NCBI GenBank assembly: GCA_051294375.1
Contig: CM119264.1
Location: 29,066,204-29,130,203 of the forward strand
Source: Paraspadella gotoi
Lineage: Eukaryota; Animalia; Chaetognatha
DNA length: 64,000 nt
Direction: 5' to 3'
The translations under genes and the position numbers were made by a program. Shown here piece after piece: positions 46,346 to 60,400 of the stretch. The notes beneath the pieces were generated by a model. The model searched no databases. It saw nothing but the letters and a program-made list of their open reading frames with translations, and had not been told where the DNA came from. The number at the start of each line of letters is the position of its first letter. Positions within the stretch are counted from its first letter, which is position 1.

Positions 46346-49300
46346 CCCCCCCCCCCAGGCCCCCCCCCCCCCCCCTTCTCTCTCTCTCTCTCTCTCTCTC
46401 TCTTCTTAAGAAATACCTCTCTCTCATCAGTAAAATTCTTCTCTCTACTCTTTCCTCTCTCATAAGGTCGTCTCGGGTCTCTCTCTCTCTCTCCTCTGAT
46501 CTCTCTCTCTCTCTCTCTCTCCTTCTCTCTCTCTTTCCTCTCTACTTTCAACTTCGAATAATTAGAACATCCGGCTTGGAATTCGATATCCGCGTCCTGA
46601 AATATGCAAATGCTATATCACCAAAAATCAAATTTCATTTCTGCTCTCTACTGTCTCTCTCTCTCAAGCTCAACAAAATCTCTACTTATATATTTTCTTC
46701 CCCAAATTTAATATCGACGTTTAAAAATCCTTCCCACCAATAGTCAAATTTATTCATTATTCACACAACTCTGTCGGGGCGGAGCCGAATCGATGTCAGG
46801 CCTAATGGAAATAGAGCGATAATCAACGGCCCAGAGAAAACGGAGAGAGAGCAGGATTGAGAAGAGAGAGAGAGAGAGGACAAGGAGAGACCGAGCAGCG
46901 CGCGGGGGCACAGTATATGTAGAGAGAAAAAAGGGTAAGATCGGGAGATGAAGGGGGCTTTCTTTGGAAAGGGGGGGCGTAAGGGTGGTGTAAGAAGGAA
47001 GCGAGGNNNNNNNNNNNNNNNNNNNNNNNNNGCCTCGGGCCATGAAAGTCTTCCCGATGTGAGAAGATGATGACGAAAATAATGACATGATGATGACGAT
47101 GAAAATGATGATGACGATGAAAATGATAATGAAAACTTTATTACTTTGATGAGGAATTTATATTACGTCGAAGTGGTATAGCTATTTTTAAATACTACTA
47201 GTACTGTACTGTGTTTTTTTCTTTTCTTCTTCTACATTCTACATTTATTCCTTCCGTCTTTTCCATCGCCTTGTTTACCGTCGACGTGAGAAAGAAGTGA
47301 CTCCAAGACGTAGATGATAGTAAAAGACAATTTTACCAAAAGACAGTTTTACGAACTTTGTTAACTTGTTTTGCACTTAACAAAGGACAGGACACCAAGT
47401 CGCTATATTAACATTTGAGAATTAATTCGGTCTTTGCAAGTAAAATGAAAAAAAATAAACATACGTAGTAGAATTAATAATTAGTTCATGATGAAATAGC
47501 ACTTTCAAGTGGAAACATGAAACTCTATTTTTTCAAGACAATTTTTTGGTAGCAGGAAAATACGGATCTTGCAAAGGCCAATTCACAGCACGAGTCGATC
47601 CGGTTCTCCCAAGATTTCTTCAGCTCGTTCCCCGTGTGTTTGTACGAGTAAAATCATCAACTATTGTCCCCGAATTTCTCAGCTCAAGCCTGGTTCAGCT
47701 GAACCCACCAAACCCTTAAAGCGAAAAGACCTGGCGAAGAAAGCATTCCGCAATGACCAATTGTGTTCCAACTGCCAATTGCCAATTTGCGACCGAGTTG
47801 TTTTGGGTCCTGATGCATCTGACAAAGACTGACTGACTGTGACAGAAAGACTGACTGACTCGGTAAAAGCTAATCGGTCGAAACAAAGAAAGACACTTAA
47901 AAACGGTTGGTTGATTTATTTTTTTTTTGTTTAGTTTTTTTTTGGTACGACATACAATTACTTTGAGAGTAAAATTTTACAACGATGTCTTTTGTTTTTA
48001 ATCTCGATAAACAATCTTGTAAACACGAATGTAAATAAAAGGAATCAAACCGAAACATTCGAGTTTTAAGTTTTTATTTTTTATTTTTTATTTTTTATTT
48101 TTTAATAAAAAACCTGTGTGTGCGAAAATAAAGTCGGGAGAACAAAAGATAGAGAGAGAAAGAGAGAGAGAGAGAGAGAGCACAGGCAAGAGATATTTGG
48201 AGCATCCAAAATCAGTTACATTCACATCACCAGAATCGTGAGTCGTCACATTAACTATCACTAATCACTTACCATGAGAGCATACACTGCGCCCTTCCAG
48301 TGGACTACCGAGCCTCTACTTGTTCTACTTTCAGACAATGGTATATCAGCGACGGCGACGCATACGGCTCTTGCAACGCCATTCCTCGCATCGACGTCGC
48401 TCACGATCGCACCGCAGCATAAACTATCTGCTCAGCATTCAGCTCCGTGTGTTGTCCGCGTACACCAGACCTCTCACTTTGCCCACCAGCGACTTTCTTA
48501 CACGCTCCGCCGGTCGGCTTGCCCCCCACCCTTCACAGGCGCCGCCTGCAGCAGCACTCTTGCGAGCCATTTCACGCACACGTGAACAACACACTCCCTG
48601 ATGTCCACCCGCACCCATGCCGCACCTTTGCGCCCGCGTGTTGTTTGGTCCATGACTCTCTGCACACGCAATGACCTGACACTGTGCACACAGTCAAGCT
48701 GACACTCGGACTACGGTCACAACGCACACTCGGTCGCCCCCGCACAGCCACTTCACACACCGGATTGCTTGCTGATTCATTTGTTTTGTTTACGTATTTT
48801 TTTTGTCCGCCACATCCCCTTCTTTGCGCAGTCCACTTTTCACCCGAGTCTTATTGGTTTTACATCTCGAATACACACATCTTAGTACAACCACGCCTGT
48901 ACCATCCCAGGAACTCCCACCGCACTATTCACTTCGCAGTTTTCCGATTGCTGCATTTTTTACTTTTTTCCGTACACACACCTTGTGGGTGGCGACCATA
49001 CACGTCGGGACAACCACACGTCACGCGAACGAACAGAGGAGCGCGAGCACGACGCGACGACGACGCGCGCGAGCAGAGGACGCGACGCAGAACAGCGACG
49101 AGACGACGCACGGCGGCGACAGACGACGCGGTGGTTACTTACTCCGCTTCTGTGACATTGTCACGGTACTTTGCATCATGTCGTGCATTTGCACCAGTCG
49201 CCCACACATTGTACTATTTAACCCACCATCCTTTTACGCACATCTAGTCCCACAGCACACACACCAAGGCCCGCAACTAACAATTGCAAAGCGATCCAGG

Positions 49301-50632
49301 AGAGAGAGAGAGAGAGAGAGAGATGAGGAGAGAGAGATAGTGAGAGAAGAAGAGAAGAGAGAGAGAGAGAGAGAGAAAAAGAGANNNNNNNNNNNNNNNN
49401 NNNNNNNNNGAGAGAGAGAGAGAGAGAAACGGTTAAAGGAAAGTCGTAAAAACGATAAACAGAATAGAACAAGGCAACAAATTATTGCAAAATCATTTTA
49501 ACAAACATTTTTTGACAAAAATGTTAAAAATGAATCGTTTTCCTTTGAACGACAACCACCAAATTTTTATATTTTTTTTACTTTTCTACATAATTATATT
49601 AAAATGTTTTAAAGAATTCTTTATCGATTAACTTGAGTGAGAATCGATCGACTTGTGAATGTGAACGATTCGATTGAATCCTGTGAGAGAGAAGAGACGC
49701 GGTTGAGCGTCTCACTTCAATTAAGTGAGAAAAAGAGAAGAATCACAAGAAAATGAAGTTTCTCACTGACGATGGAATCAGGAAAAGGTTTAGAATATTC
49801 GAACATTTTGTTAAATACTAAACTAGCAAATTCATAAAGTTGTAATTAGATGCATAATTTTAGAAATTAAAAGCAAAAAGGGTAAACCAAGAAGTTTAAT
49901 ACAAACAAATAAAAAGGTTTCCCTAAAAATCGGTTAGATTTCTACGTAAATTTCACGTTTCTTGACCTCAAAAAATGTTTGCAGTGCCCATGACCCAAGT
50001 ATGACGCAGCTCATGGATATGGCCCGCGTAATATCTCCCATGACCTGTTGGACATGTCCAAGATTTTATTGGTAACAAAAGTCCTCTTAGTTATTTTTAC
50101 TTGTCCTATAAAACTTTTTTTGACGTTAATTCAAATTTTACGGAGCAAAATATTTAATGATTTTTCCAAACGTAAAAAAAAAAATCAGGATTTTGATGAA
50201 TTCATTGTTCGATGATTTTCATTTCGCTTTCGTTGTGTTTGAAAGTAGCAAAATTGTTTATCTTTCAACAACGATATTTATTTAAAATAAAAACAGACAT
50301 GTTTTGACTCTATTTCGTCGATCTTTTTGTCCATTAAACTTTCCGCGGTTAAATTCCATAGCGAACTCAGTAGTTATCTTTACATTTAGCTGAAAGCAAT
50401 ATAACAGATTCCTTTTTAAATGTTTACTTTGGCTTTCACTGAGCCTCTCCTGCTTGTAAATTGCTTGTTTTAAACTCACTCTTCTCACTTCCGCCTTGTC
50501 AACTGCTTGCAAGGTCCTCTCCCTAAGGGTTTACTTCTTTGCTTTATTGACTGCTTGTAAAAAAAACTGTCCCCTTCCTTCTTTTACTATTTTCATTCCT
50601 GCTATCTAATCTGCATGTAAAATCCCCCACAA

Positions 50633-50710
<78 letters not shown>

Positions 50711-51437
50711 TTCTCCCCCCTCTCGCGGGGCTCGGCAGTCTTGCTCTTCTTCTTCCCCGACCTAATTCCGCCCTGCTGCTTCGCTCTTCCTCGCCACCCC
50801 AGGAAGGAGTGGTTCCGTCTCGCCGGGCTAATGCTTGCTAACGCTTGCTTGCAAATGGGTTTAAGAGGTGCTTTACCGCGAAAATGTTTCAACAAGCTCG
50901 TCATTTGCCTCGATAAAGATCTTAAAAGCGAAAAGAGTTTTTTCCCTCGCGGGGGAAAAAAAGATTTGGTTGCAGCTGTTATCAGGGCGAAAAAAGAAAT
51001 TTTGGAAAGAAAGAAAAAGATAGATAGATATTAAATTTTTTTTTGGGGGGGGATGCGGAAAAAAAAAATTTCTCTTTGGTCGTTACTCGTTACGTCTCGG
51101 AAATATGATTTCGATTTATCGGGAATGATTATAGTTTATTTGGTTTTTGCGTTCAAAGGTAAACATGCATTTTAGTAAAATGAAAGTTTCTTTATTTCTT
51201 CTGTACCGAGTTTATGGCTGAGATGAACTGGAGGGTTAAAAAAAAAACGAGAAGAGAGACAAGGAGGAGAGAGTGAGAGAGAGAGAGACGAGAGAGAGAG
51301 AGACGAGACGAGAGAGGAGAGAGAAGAGAGAGTAGAGAGGAGAGACAGAGAGAGACAGACAGAGGAGAGTGAGAGACACTTCGAGAAAGACAGCGTCGTC
51401 TCCCACTCTACAACGACTCATCGTCTCTGTCTCTATC

Positions 51438-51799
51438 TCAGTGAACTTTAGTGGCTCCGCCATTGACGTGTCCTTTGTTGATCAGAATGGTCGTCATGGG
51501 ATCGACTTCCGGTCCGCAGTAAATCGCCTCTTGCGCCACTTCCTGTCGCGTCGTCGTCGTCGTCGACGTCGTCGTCGTCGTCGTCGGCAGCGGGACGGTG
51601 AGGCCCAGCTCGCCGAGTCCGCCGCCGCAGCCGACGCCGCCGGACAGCGCCGGGAGAAACTGGGCGTCGTCGAGATGATGAACGCCGTAGGAGGAATAGT
51701 GGGCGTGGCAGAATCCGGGAAGAGATTGGGGTGGGGGGGAGAAGGGCGGCGGGTGGGACAGGGTGCCATGGGGGGCGTAGTGGTTCATGAGGGTGATGC
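51438..51799 (-). CDS. Exon 4 (terminal) of a predicted single-pass membrane protein gene
   Basis: Acceptor cttaccccatccag|, phase 1. Reads (G)ITLMNHYAPHG...VNGGATKVH*. 362 nt. Confidence 0.7.
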
Positions 51800-51814
51800 C
51801 TGGATGGGGTAAGA

Positions 51815-52145
51815 CATAAGATATATGTAATGTAAATAATGTTCAAAAAAATTTAATAGAAATCGATAGTTTAATTTGTTGAATAGTAAATATAAATAAC
51901 GAAATTCTAATGACGGATTCTGAAAGAGTTTAAAAATATATTTAGAAAATTTTAAAATTGTTATCATGTATCAGTTAAAAAAATTTAAAAATTATCGTAA
52001 TAATGACGATTATGATTTTTTTAATTTTTCTCTTTAAACCACTTGTTATCGAAACATTTAAAAAAAAAATTACTATCTTTATTACTATTCTTCAAAACTA
52101 GACATTTTTAAAAAAAATCGTTGCATACATAAATAAATATCTTAT
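51815..52145. mobile_element. AT-rich imperfect palindrome (foldback-like) in intron
   Basis: Inverted arms ataagatat.../...atatcttat and gaatagtaa/ttactattc. Confidence 0.45.
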
Positions 52146-52661
52146 AGTTTCAATTTTTTAATATGCTCCACTAATTAAAAAAAGTGGTAGTGCAAATCGA
52201 TTGAGTAAATAATGGGATATCATTTTATCTTTATTTTTATTTTATTAGTATTTTTTTGTATTACACAAATCTCTAATGATACAAATTGATAAATTCTGTC
52301 CTGCTTTAGTGTAGCGGGCAGGACAGAGGAGATCAGCGGGTTGAGGGGGGGCGGAGAGGGGGGGCGGAGAGGGAGGGACTGAAAGGCGATTGAATCACCA
52401 GGATTGAAAAGAGACTTCGTCTTATGACCGATGAAAAGATTACATGGAACGAGGGGAAAGGACTTATCGGCTGGAACGAGAGAAAAAGAAAGGAAAAAAA
52501 AGAAAGGAAAAAGGAAAAAAAGAAAGGAAGAAATGTCCTTTCTCTGTTGCGGGCGATAGATGTTGGGAGATGCGTCAAGCTGTTTATATTAATACAAAGA
52601 TACTGTTACACGTTTCAAAGTATCGCCATAAAAATGGCAGGGTCTTCAACGAAACGCATTA

Positions 52662-52702
<41 letters not shown>

Positions 52703-52865
52703 CTCTCTCTCTTAAATCTGTTTCGATTGAAAAGGATAGGTTCGTTCTGCCGCTCGCCGATTCTTTTTCCTTATCAGACCGAAAAAGAGAAATAAAAAGG
52801 ATGGTCAAGTGGAGAGAGAAGAGAGAGAGGAAGAGAGAGAGAGAGAGGAAGGAGAGAGATGAAGA

Positions 52866-52896
<31 letters not shown>

Positions 52897-53409
52897 GAGA
52901 AGGAGAGAGAGATAGAGAGAGAGAGAGAAAGAGAGAGTTAAATCCCTGGATATAAATATTTTCCATCTTTCTTTTCCCCCCAATTTTTTTTCCCTGAATC
53001 CAGGATAAATATTCTTCCTTTGGGTCCGGCGATCAGAGAGTTTAAGCGAAACTCCTTTCTTGTTTCTATTTTATTGTTATTGTTTCCTTATTTATTAAAT
53101 CAATAAACGGTGCATGGACCGTGAAACTATGAACTAATTTGCATATAACAATATTGGTTCCAGCGGGATTTTTCCCACGAGGCCATCGACACTGTTGTTT
53201 TCTTTTTTTTTTAAATAAGTTTAAAAATAATGATGTATTTTGATATATATGGGATTTTCCTGGATTCGAAGCGCATATAAAACAGTATAAAAACGCAAAA
53301 AATAGTAGAAAAATACATTCTTAGTCCTCTGATATGGAGAAGCAATTCCTTTAACGATTCCTAAAAATATATACCCTATGGTGGACTGAAATCCACCAAC
53401 CGTTCATCA

Positions 53410-53580
53410 GCGGCCATTGGTGCCGGAGGCAAGACATTCGCCTCTCAAACCCAAAGGTCCGGGGTTCTAGCCCGGTGGCCGCCTTGCAGTTAAGAGGGAC
53501 GGGGCGCTTAACCCGCCTGTAACACGTTGTTACAGCCTGATCCGAAGCACAGGGTCTGCTTATATTGAACGGTTCTGTCA
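53410..53580 (+). mobile_element. tRNA-derived SINE (tRNA-like head 53410-53482)
   Basis: Acceptor-like stem GCGGCCA/TGGCCGC, A-box-like TGGTGCCGGAGG and B-box-like GGTTCTAGCCC within a T-stem. The anticodon arm does not pair. The body is repeated at ~20940-21000. Confidence 0.65.
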
Positions 53581-53679
53581 CTATATCATAACAATTTTTA
53601 CTGTCTCTTCAAACCGTACAATTTCACGTCGTGTAACTCTAAACAATCCTCCAAAGCGCCCCCACCTCCCAGCACTGAC

Positions 53680-53874
53680 CTCTAACGCCCTTCTCCATCG
53701 GCAAGGGAGACATGGCAGGCGGCAGGGTGCCCTTCCTAAGCAGGGCGAGGACGATGACGGCCGCGAAGAAGAAGGAGATTCCGATGCCGAGAAGAACGAG
53801 TGTCACTCGATTGAGTTGAAAGGCGGAACGTCGAGATGGGGGCGTCTTGCGAGCGGGCAAAGTGGTTTTGTTGC
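53680..53874 (-). CDS. Exon 3 (transmembrane segment) of the predicted membrane protein gene
   Basis: Acceptor ctctttctccccaag| and donor AG|gtcagt. 195 nt, phase 1-1. Encodes NKTT...VTLVLLGIGISFFFAAVIVLALLRK. Confidence 0.8.
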
Positions 53875-54810
53875 CTTGGGGAGAAAGAGAGTAGAAGGTG
53901 GTTTGGGTGGTTGATTGGTTGATTGATTGATTGGTTAATAAAGAGGGGGCACCCGGGGAAGGGTAAAGAAAAGTGGTCTAATTGTGTGAGGTTCGCATGA
54001 AGAAATGTCAATGCCGGATGTTGGTTGTGTTGCTTAACAGTCTTGAGCGATTATGAGAGAATATCAGCGTCTTAGACACCCGAGAATTTATCATTGATGA
54101 TAAATTATATACGATTAATGACAAACGAACTGGAATACATATAAAAAACGTTATAACGTAGAGAGGCTAATTATGCTCTTCAGTGGCAACAGCGTGAGTG
54201 AATCGATTGCGTGTCTCGCGAGAGTAAGACTTTGTTTTCACATCGTGAAAAAAGAGGAATCGTCATTTTGTGAAAACCCCGAGTCGAAATCCGTGAAGCA
54301 AACTCGACTAATTCCCTCGTCAAACAAAAAAAAATCGAAAAACAAGGAAAAAACAAAGAAAACAAAGAAACAACGACGAGAGAGGCTAATCCTCTGTAAG
54401 AGTAAAAAAGAATTGAATTCCCAGCTTCCTTTTGCTCCACCACCTCCCTCACCACCGAGTACCGCTCCACCTCTCCTTCCCCCTCCGCTCCACCACGCCA
54501 CTCCCTCCGCTCCACCACCCCACCTCCTCGCCTCCCATTTCTAAGAAATGGAAAGTTTTACTCATCTTTTTAATTTCTAATCCCTTCCTGGTTTTGTTCT
54601 CGTTGTTTATAAGTGGAGATATTAATTTTATTAGTTAAGGGTCAGAAATTAGGATTAGGGATTGGATTAAATGTTTGATAAGAGTAAAGGGTTAAATATT
54701 TGGGTTAAGATTAGTGATCAATTTATTTCTTTTCCCCTCCCATTTTTTTTTAAACAACTTCACTTTATTTCACCTCCAAGCCTCGTTTTCGTTTTTACCG
54801 ACGTACTCAC

Positions 54811-54910
54811 CCGCGGAGAAGTAATTGTCGAAGAGGAAGTCGCCGGCGCGAGGGTAAGGCACCGGCGTCAGGGTAATGTTGCGCGTTACTAGGCGACGGG
54901 CGCCTCGAAC
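54811..54910 (-). CDS. Exon 2 of the predicted membrane protein gene
   Basis: Acceptor ccttttctccctcccaag| and donor G|gtgagt. 100 nt, phase 0-1. Encodes VRGARRLVTRNITLTPVPYPRAGDFLFDNYFSA. Confidence 0.78.
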
Positions 54911-56206
54911 CTTGGGAGGGAGAAAAGGAGGACGTGAAAAAAAAGGAAAGAGAAATTAGGAAAGGAGGAAAGAGGAAAGAAGTAAAAAAATAAGAGGGAA
55001 GAAAAGAGAAAAGAAAGATGAAAAAATAAGTAAAGTAAAGTAAAGTAAAGTAAAGTAAAGTAAAGTAAAGTAAAGTAAAGTAAAGTAAAGTAAAGTAAAT
55101 AAAGTAAAGTGACTAATTACTGAGAAGAGGAAAAATGACACGACGTTCGAGACTCATTTCCGAGAAATGAGAACAACAACAACAACAACAACAACAAAGA
55201 TAATAAAAAAACTAAAGCAAATATATTCCGCCGAGAAGTTAAAACGATGTGATCGCCATCTGTCGTTGGAAAATCGAGTTTGAATCTTTGACGTGGAATC
55301 GTTGACTTCGCGATTGAAAGTGGAAGACGTCGACGATTGGTGAAAAAAAAGGCGATGGAAGAATTGGATGACGTCAGAGGGAGGACACTCAACTTTTGTT
55401 TTCAAGGGAACTTATTTTTCCCCTTTTTTTTTATTCTCTGATTTCCATTTTTATGAGTTTGATATATCTGTCGTATAAAGTTAGCGAGACTTTTTTCATG
55501 TTTATACTTGGTGATATCTTTCTTTGTTTATCGTTTTATTTTTGTTAGTTTATTTCTTTTTTTTTCTTTGTCCCTTATTTTGTCTTTCTTACTTTATATC
55601 TTTCTTTATCCGTTTTTCTTTCCTTAAGTTCTATTTTTTTCCTTTATCTTCTTTGTCTTATCGCGGATTGATGTCTTACCTGTTCGAACTCCTCCAGGTT
55701 AACCAGCCCTGCCTCCACCGTCCGCCTATCTCTCTACACACTGCCTGATTGATTTCAAAAAGACCTCACAGTTAACGCCCTGCTCCTTCCTCTCGTCCGC
55801 CTCTTCTCCTACACACTGAAAAACCTGAGTTTTTCATTAAAAGAACCTCCCACGCGTTTTAACGCCACTGCTTCCTTCCTCCTGTCGCCTATCTTTTCCT
55901 ACACACTGCGCCCTGAATTGTTGTAAATCGCGTCTTCAACAATCCCACCAGTCAAATCGACGCATGGAGAATTAGTAGCGGAGTACTTATGGTGTCGTTT
56001 GGATGGACAACCTGCTATCTTGAGATCAGTTAGTGTGTAGAAGATGGCAGTGATAGAGTTGATGGAGTTGGAAGTCAGTGGTTAAAATGAACACAAAGAG
56101 GCGTAGGAGGAGAATACGGATGAGATGAGAGTGCGAGATAACAGAGGACGAACCAGCGATACGAACAATGTATCCTTCCTTTACAACGTCACACCAGGCA
56201 CCTCAC

Positions 56207-56404
56207 CCCCGGTCTGATCTCGGGCTGCCAGCTATTTGGCGTGGGCAGAGCCTCTTGACTCGAGAGAGCGAGCGGCAATGAGGAACCACCCAAGACAGTG
56301 AAATAAAAAACAGTCAGTGTGTTCGAGTGAAGAAAGAGGAGCTGAACGAGGGCGGGCCAGGGCTTCGCCATCGTGAAAAGCCACGCCGTTCCGATCATTT
56401 CCAT
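56207..56404 (-). CDS. Putative exon 1 (signal-peptide-like) of the predicted membrane protein gene
   Basis: ATG at 56404, hydrophobic N-terminus (MAKPWPALVQLLFL...VFYFTVLGGSSLPLA), donor GGG|gtgagg. 198 nt, phase 0, matching exon 2. Confidence 0.6.
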
Positions 56405-56639
56405 AGGTTAATTAATCTTTAGCGTTAGGCTTCTTAGAGTGGGTTTTAACTTTACTCCGCCTGATAGAGTGGCGAAGCCTTATTCACGCGTGGTCTCCAG
56501 TAGCCGTTCTTGACGGGAAAACATATTTAGGTCAGGTTGGGATTTACACATTTAATCCGTTTTAAACCCTATATATATTCTCACATGTAAAATCACTCAG
56601 GCAGCTTTTAAAGCCTGAAATATATTTATATTTAATAAC

Positions 56640-57400
56640 AACAACGAATCCCTTGCGATGAAAAACGAATTTGTCCAAAAGTAAAGATGAAAGAAAATTT
56701 AAAAAATTCCTAAGTTCTTTCCTTTGTTTAAACTATTCTTGGAATTGAGACAGTTCATTGGTAAGGACTTGTTCTCTCTTAAAATACAAAAAAATCGCTA
56801 AATTTCCGCATTAAACGCAGTTATTACTAGAACCTTATGCTACCTGTTTTCTACCCTGACAATTGAATATTTAGTTCCAGTATAAACCTGGTTAAACGAA
56901 TACAAGAAAGTCAGAAAAGAAAAATCGACAACCTAAGTTTCTTATATATCTTTTGTTATTTTTTTTTCGATGATTTTTGAAATAATCAAACATGGGTAAG
57001 TGTATTTTCCTTCTCTAAAACTCAAAACCCATGCCAAACAACGGCAACAGAAACCAATAAATAGACCAAAAACCGATTACTAACTAATAAAACAATATCA
57101 AAATTTTAAAATACTAATAACCTGTTTTTAAACGGGTACTGCAAGAAAAATTTTTTTTAATCTTGAACACGTATTAATTTCCTTATATATTTTGCGCGAA
57201 TGTCTGTTGGTCTGAATAACTGATTTGAAAAAATCCAAATTCTCTCTTAATTTAAAAAATCCGCAAATAAATCGCATCAAAAACACAGACTAACTAAACC
57301 TTACCTTTATCCTAATAAAACCTATTAGATTATTACCAGCAGTGATAACCTGGTTAAACGGTGACATAAAAGTAAAAAAAATGTTTTTGTAAAATTTTTT
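56640..57400 (+). repeat. Highly degenerate ~230-bp tandem repeat, about 3 copies
   Basis: aacctggttaaacg-like motif at ~56885, ~57119 and ~57348, with similar flanks. Confidence 0.5.
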
Positions 57401-60400
57401 CAATGTAAAATGACCATGAAGTAAGTATAAGGAAAAATTTATATTACTTTACACTTGTGAAATAAATAACATTTGTTCCTTATGCCCATATCTAATGTTG
57501 CGGACAGAAACAATAGCTTTCCGAACGCCGTATCACTTCTTTATGCAAATTAACCATAAGCTATAAGAAAATGGGCAGCTTGGCAATAAAAAAACAAATA
57601 AATCTTATTTTAGAGAAGTAAAGAAAAGTAAAATTACGAAAAGAAAGACAGAGTTAGAGTTTTTACGCGATCTTTCTCCTGGTCAAAGCCCGCAGAGACT
57701 CTGTCTTATCCCACATTAACCTATTAAAATCGAAAATCGACTGACCATGACTTTTTTCACTCGATTTGAAATTTTTTTTTTTCCTGGAGGTCTGAGGCAC
57801 CGTGTGGCGTTAGTGAAGGGTGCTTAGCAACGCACACGCACGTGCCCGCGCCCGCAGCTCGTGCGGCCGAGAAATGGAATAATCCTTCAATCGCGAATCC
57901 TACAATTCGCTCAGTTTGGGAGTCAGACGAGAGAAAGTTAAAATAAATACAAATACCTCGTCCCTGCCAAAGATCAAATAAAACTCCTTTGTTTCACCCA
58001 TTCTATTTCTATTGCTCCATGCACATTTTTCCGCAAAGTTTTATTTTACAGACGGCCTCGGCGAAAAACGCAGAATATCGTTTTGTCCCTAACTTTGCTT
58101 TCTAGTTTTCGCTTCGACATCGCCCGAGATTTCCCTTCCCCTACTAGCGGGGTGTACTAGACCCAGAAAATTCTGCAATTAAATTATTTTTTTTAGATTA
58201 TGAACCCCTTTTTGATTTAATTTATTTTATTGTTTAAGACTATGGTTTTCCTTCAGTATCCTGTTTTTGTTTTTTTTTGGTTACGTACAAATTATTTTAA
58301 GAAATTTATTTTATTAATTCTAAGTGCTTTTCGGACAAGTAGGTAGTTTTTAAAAAAAATCATTTAATCATTATTTATCTATTTTCCGGTTGTTTGTAAG
58401 TGGCAGCTCTCCTCAACTCAAAAGTTTTTCTTTCTTCAGAACCTTTATTTGACGGTAACCAAACTTGAATTTTCGAATTGATCTCAAATTTGATTAATAT
58501 TTTATGGTACGAATTTCACCCCTTTTCAGTAAGATCAAATTTGGGATCTTTTTTGGCTGTACAGTTGTAATCCAACCGTTTTAATATCCGAATTTGCTAT
58601 CGTATTCTTCGTTTTTATCGTAACGCTCAACGCGTGGTTCTGTCTAATTTTTTCGAAGCTAACTGCGACATTTGTAGTTTTTTTCTTGGAATTAACAAGA
58701 AAAAGATATTTTTTTTTCCTTTGCCTCACCCATTAAAGGGTTTTGATGTTGGGCGTCCGGCCTTTTTTAGCCTGTATTGGTCCTTCTTTATTCTTTTTTC
58801 TCTCCCCTTTTCTTCCTCGATTTAAAAAAAAAAAAAATTTACAAAGTGTTCTCAAATGCTAGTTGCCACTAAACCGTCGGCTCCGCAGCGACGCAAAAGC
58901 AGGCGGTTTCGACGATCGGCGGACGGTTTTTCCGCGAATATGCAGGAGGCGCAGAGCTGTAGAGAGCCCGGAAGGATTTCTTGCCGAGGTCTCGCAGATG
59001 CCGAGTGGCAGAATTTTTCCCCCGAAGTCAGTTTGCTTTCCTCCTGCGGTACTTTTGCGGACCGTAGTTAAGTACCGGATCGCTGCCGAGGTGGAGGCGA
59101 GACTTTGCAGAGGAGCACGGTTTTGGTTAGGTCCGGTTTTGCGGCTGCGCCTGGCGGAGTGGAGGAGGGCGTTTGGGGTTTGCCCGTCTATAGCCCTTAG
59201 TGGACGCCGTTGAATTGAGAGATTGCCGGTTAGGCGTTGGAAGAGCTTGCCGTTTGACCCCTTAAGTCCGATGGCCCCAATCTGCTCGGCATGGTTAATA
59301 GGTCTTCCGTTCCGTGGTCGACAGCTCCTTGAAGAGTACCGGCGGCGTTGCAGTTTCCATTGGCCGTCGTGCCTCTCTCTTTCTTCTCTTTTTCTTTTAG
59401 TTGGTGTCTTTCAGCCTTTGGGTGTCCGCCGTGGGTCCGCGGCGTGTGGAAGTCTTTTTGAAGTAACCTGTCCTTTTTTCTTTTTTTTTTTTTTAGGTTT
59501 ATTTTGCCGTTGGGACGGGTTTCTATGTATTATTTTCTTCAGTCTCCCCTCGTAGCTCTTCCTTCTCCCTTATGAAGATATGGGGGCTAAGGATCTTATT
59601 CACGCGCTAGCATAGAATCTTTATTGTTTGAGGTTTTGGGGTGTACGGAAGCTCCCGTTCCCTTTCTGTTAAAACCAACTGAGCTGTTTAAATATTGTTG
59701 TGCGTTGAATTTTGGTTCGTAAATAGTTAGCGCTTAACCTTGTGTTTTCTTTTTCTAGTGGTTACCATCTTACCTGAGGGCACGAGGATAAGTGGGTATA
59801 TTTGAGTATTGACGGCGGTTTGGCATTGTGGTCAACTTTTTATTGGCATCCGGTAAACAATTATTATGTGCTTATGATAAGGTAAAGAGTCGTTAGAAGT
59901 TTGTGACCTCTATGATTATTAATGTACCGTACGCGCTCGAGTTAAGTTCCACACCTTTCTCGCACATTGTAAATACGTTTAAGTTTTTTTAGTTTTTTGG
60001 TTTTTTTTTTTTTTTGTGCCTGTTTATGCTTATATATAGTTTTAAGCATGGAATCAACGGAATTTCCGTGTCTTGTTTCGCATTTTGTTTTAGGTCAGTG
60101 GTTTCCTCTGGAAGTTTTTATTTCCATCTGACGATGCGTTCGTTTTAAACCCAATTTTTTTTCAATTGATTGATGTTGGATTCTCGGTGTTGTAAAACTT
60201 GCGTCACATGTTACTAAACAAGCTGAGCCGAGTATTGTTTTAACAGAGGGTTATCTATTTTTCGTTTATTAATTAAATTTATTTTTTTTTCGTTTTTTTT
60301 TGTGTCCTGTCGTCCGTTTTCTCTACTTTGGCCCGGGACTTTTATCTTTTTTTTTTCTTTATGCATTTTTTCTGTTCCGTGACCGATACTCTTACGGCCG

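Noticed and set aside
48274-49501. Cluster of overlapping ORFs (up to 232 aa) in a C/A-rich segment
   Set aside because: No motifs. It lies next to a 25-N gap and looks like low-accuracy gap-fill sequence.
58856-59555. GC-rich segment with short ORFs
   Set aside because: No recognisable domain, splice structure or RNA gene motif.
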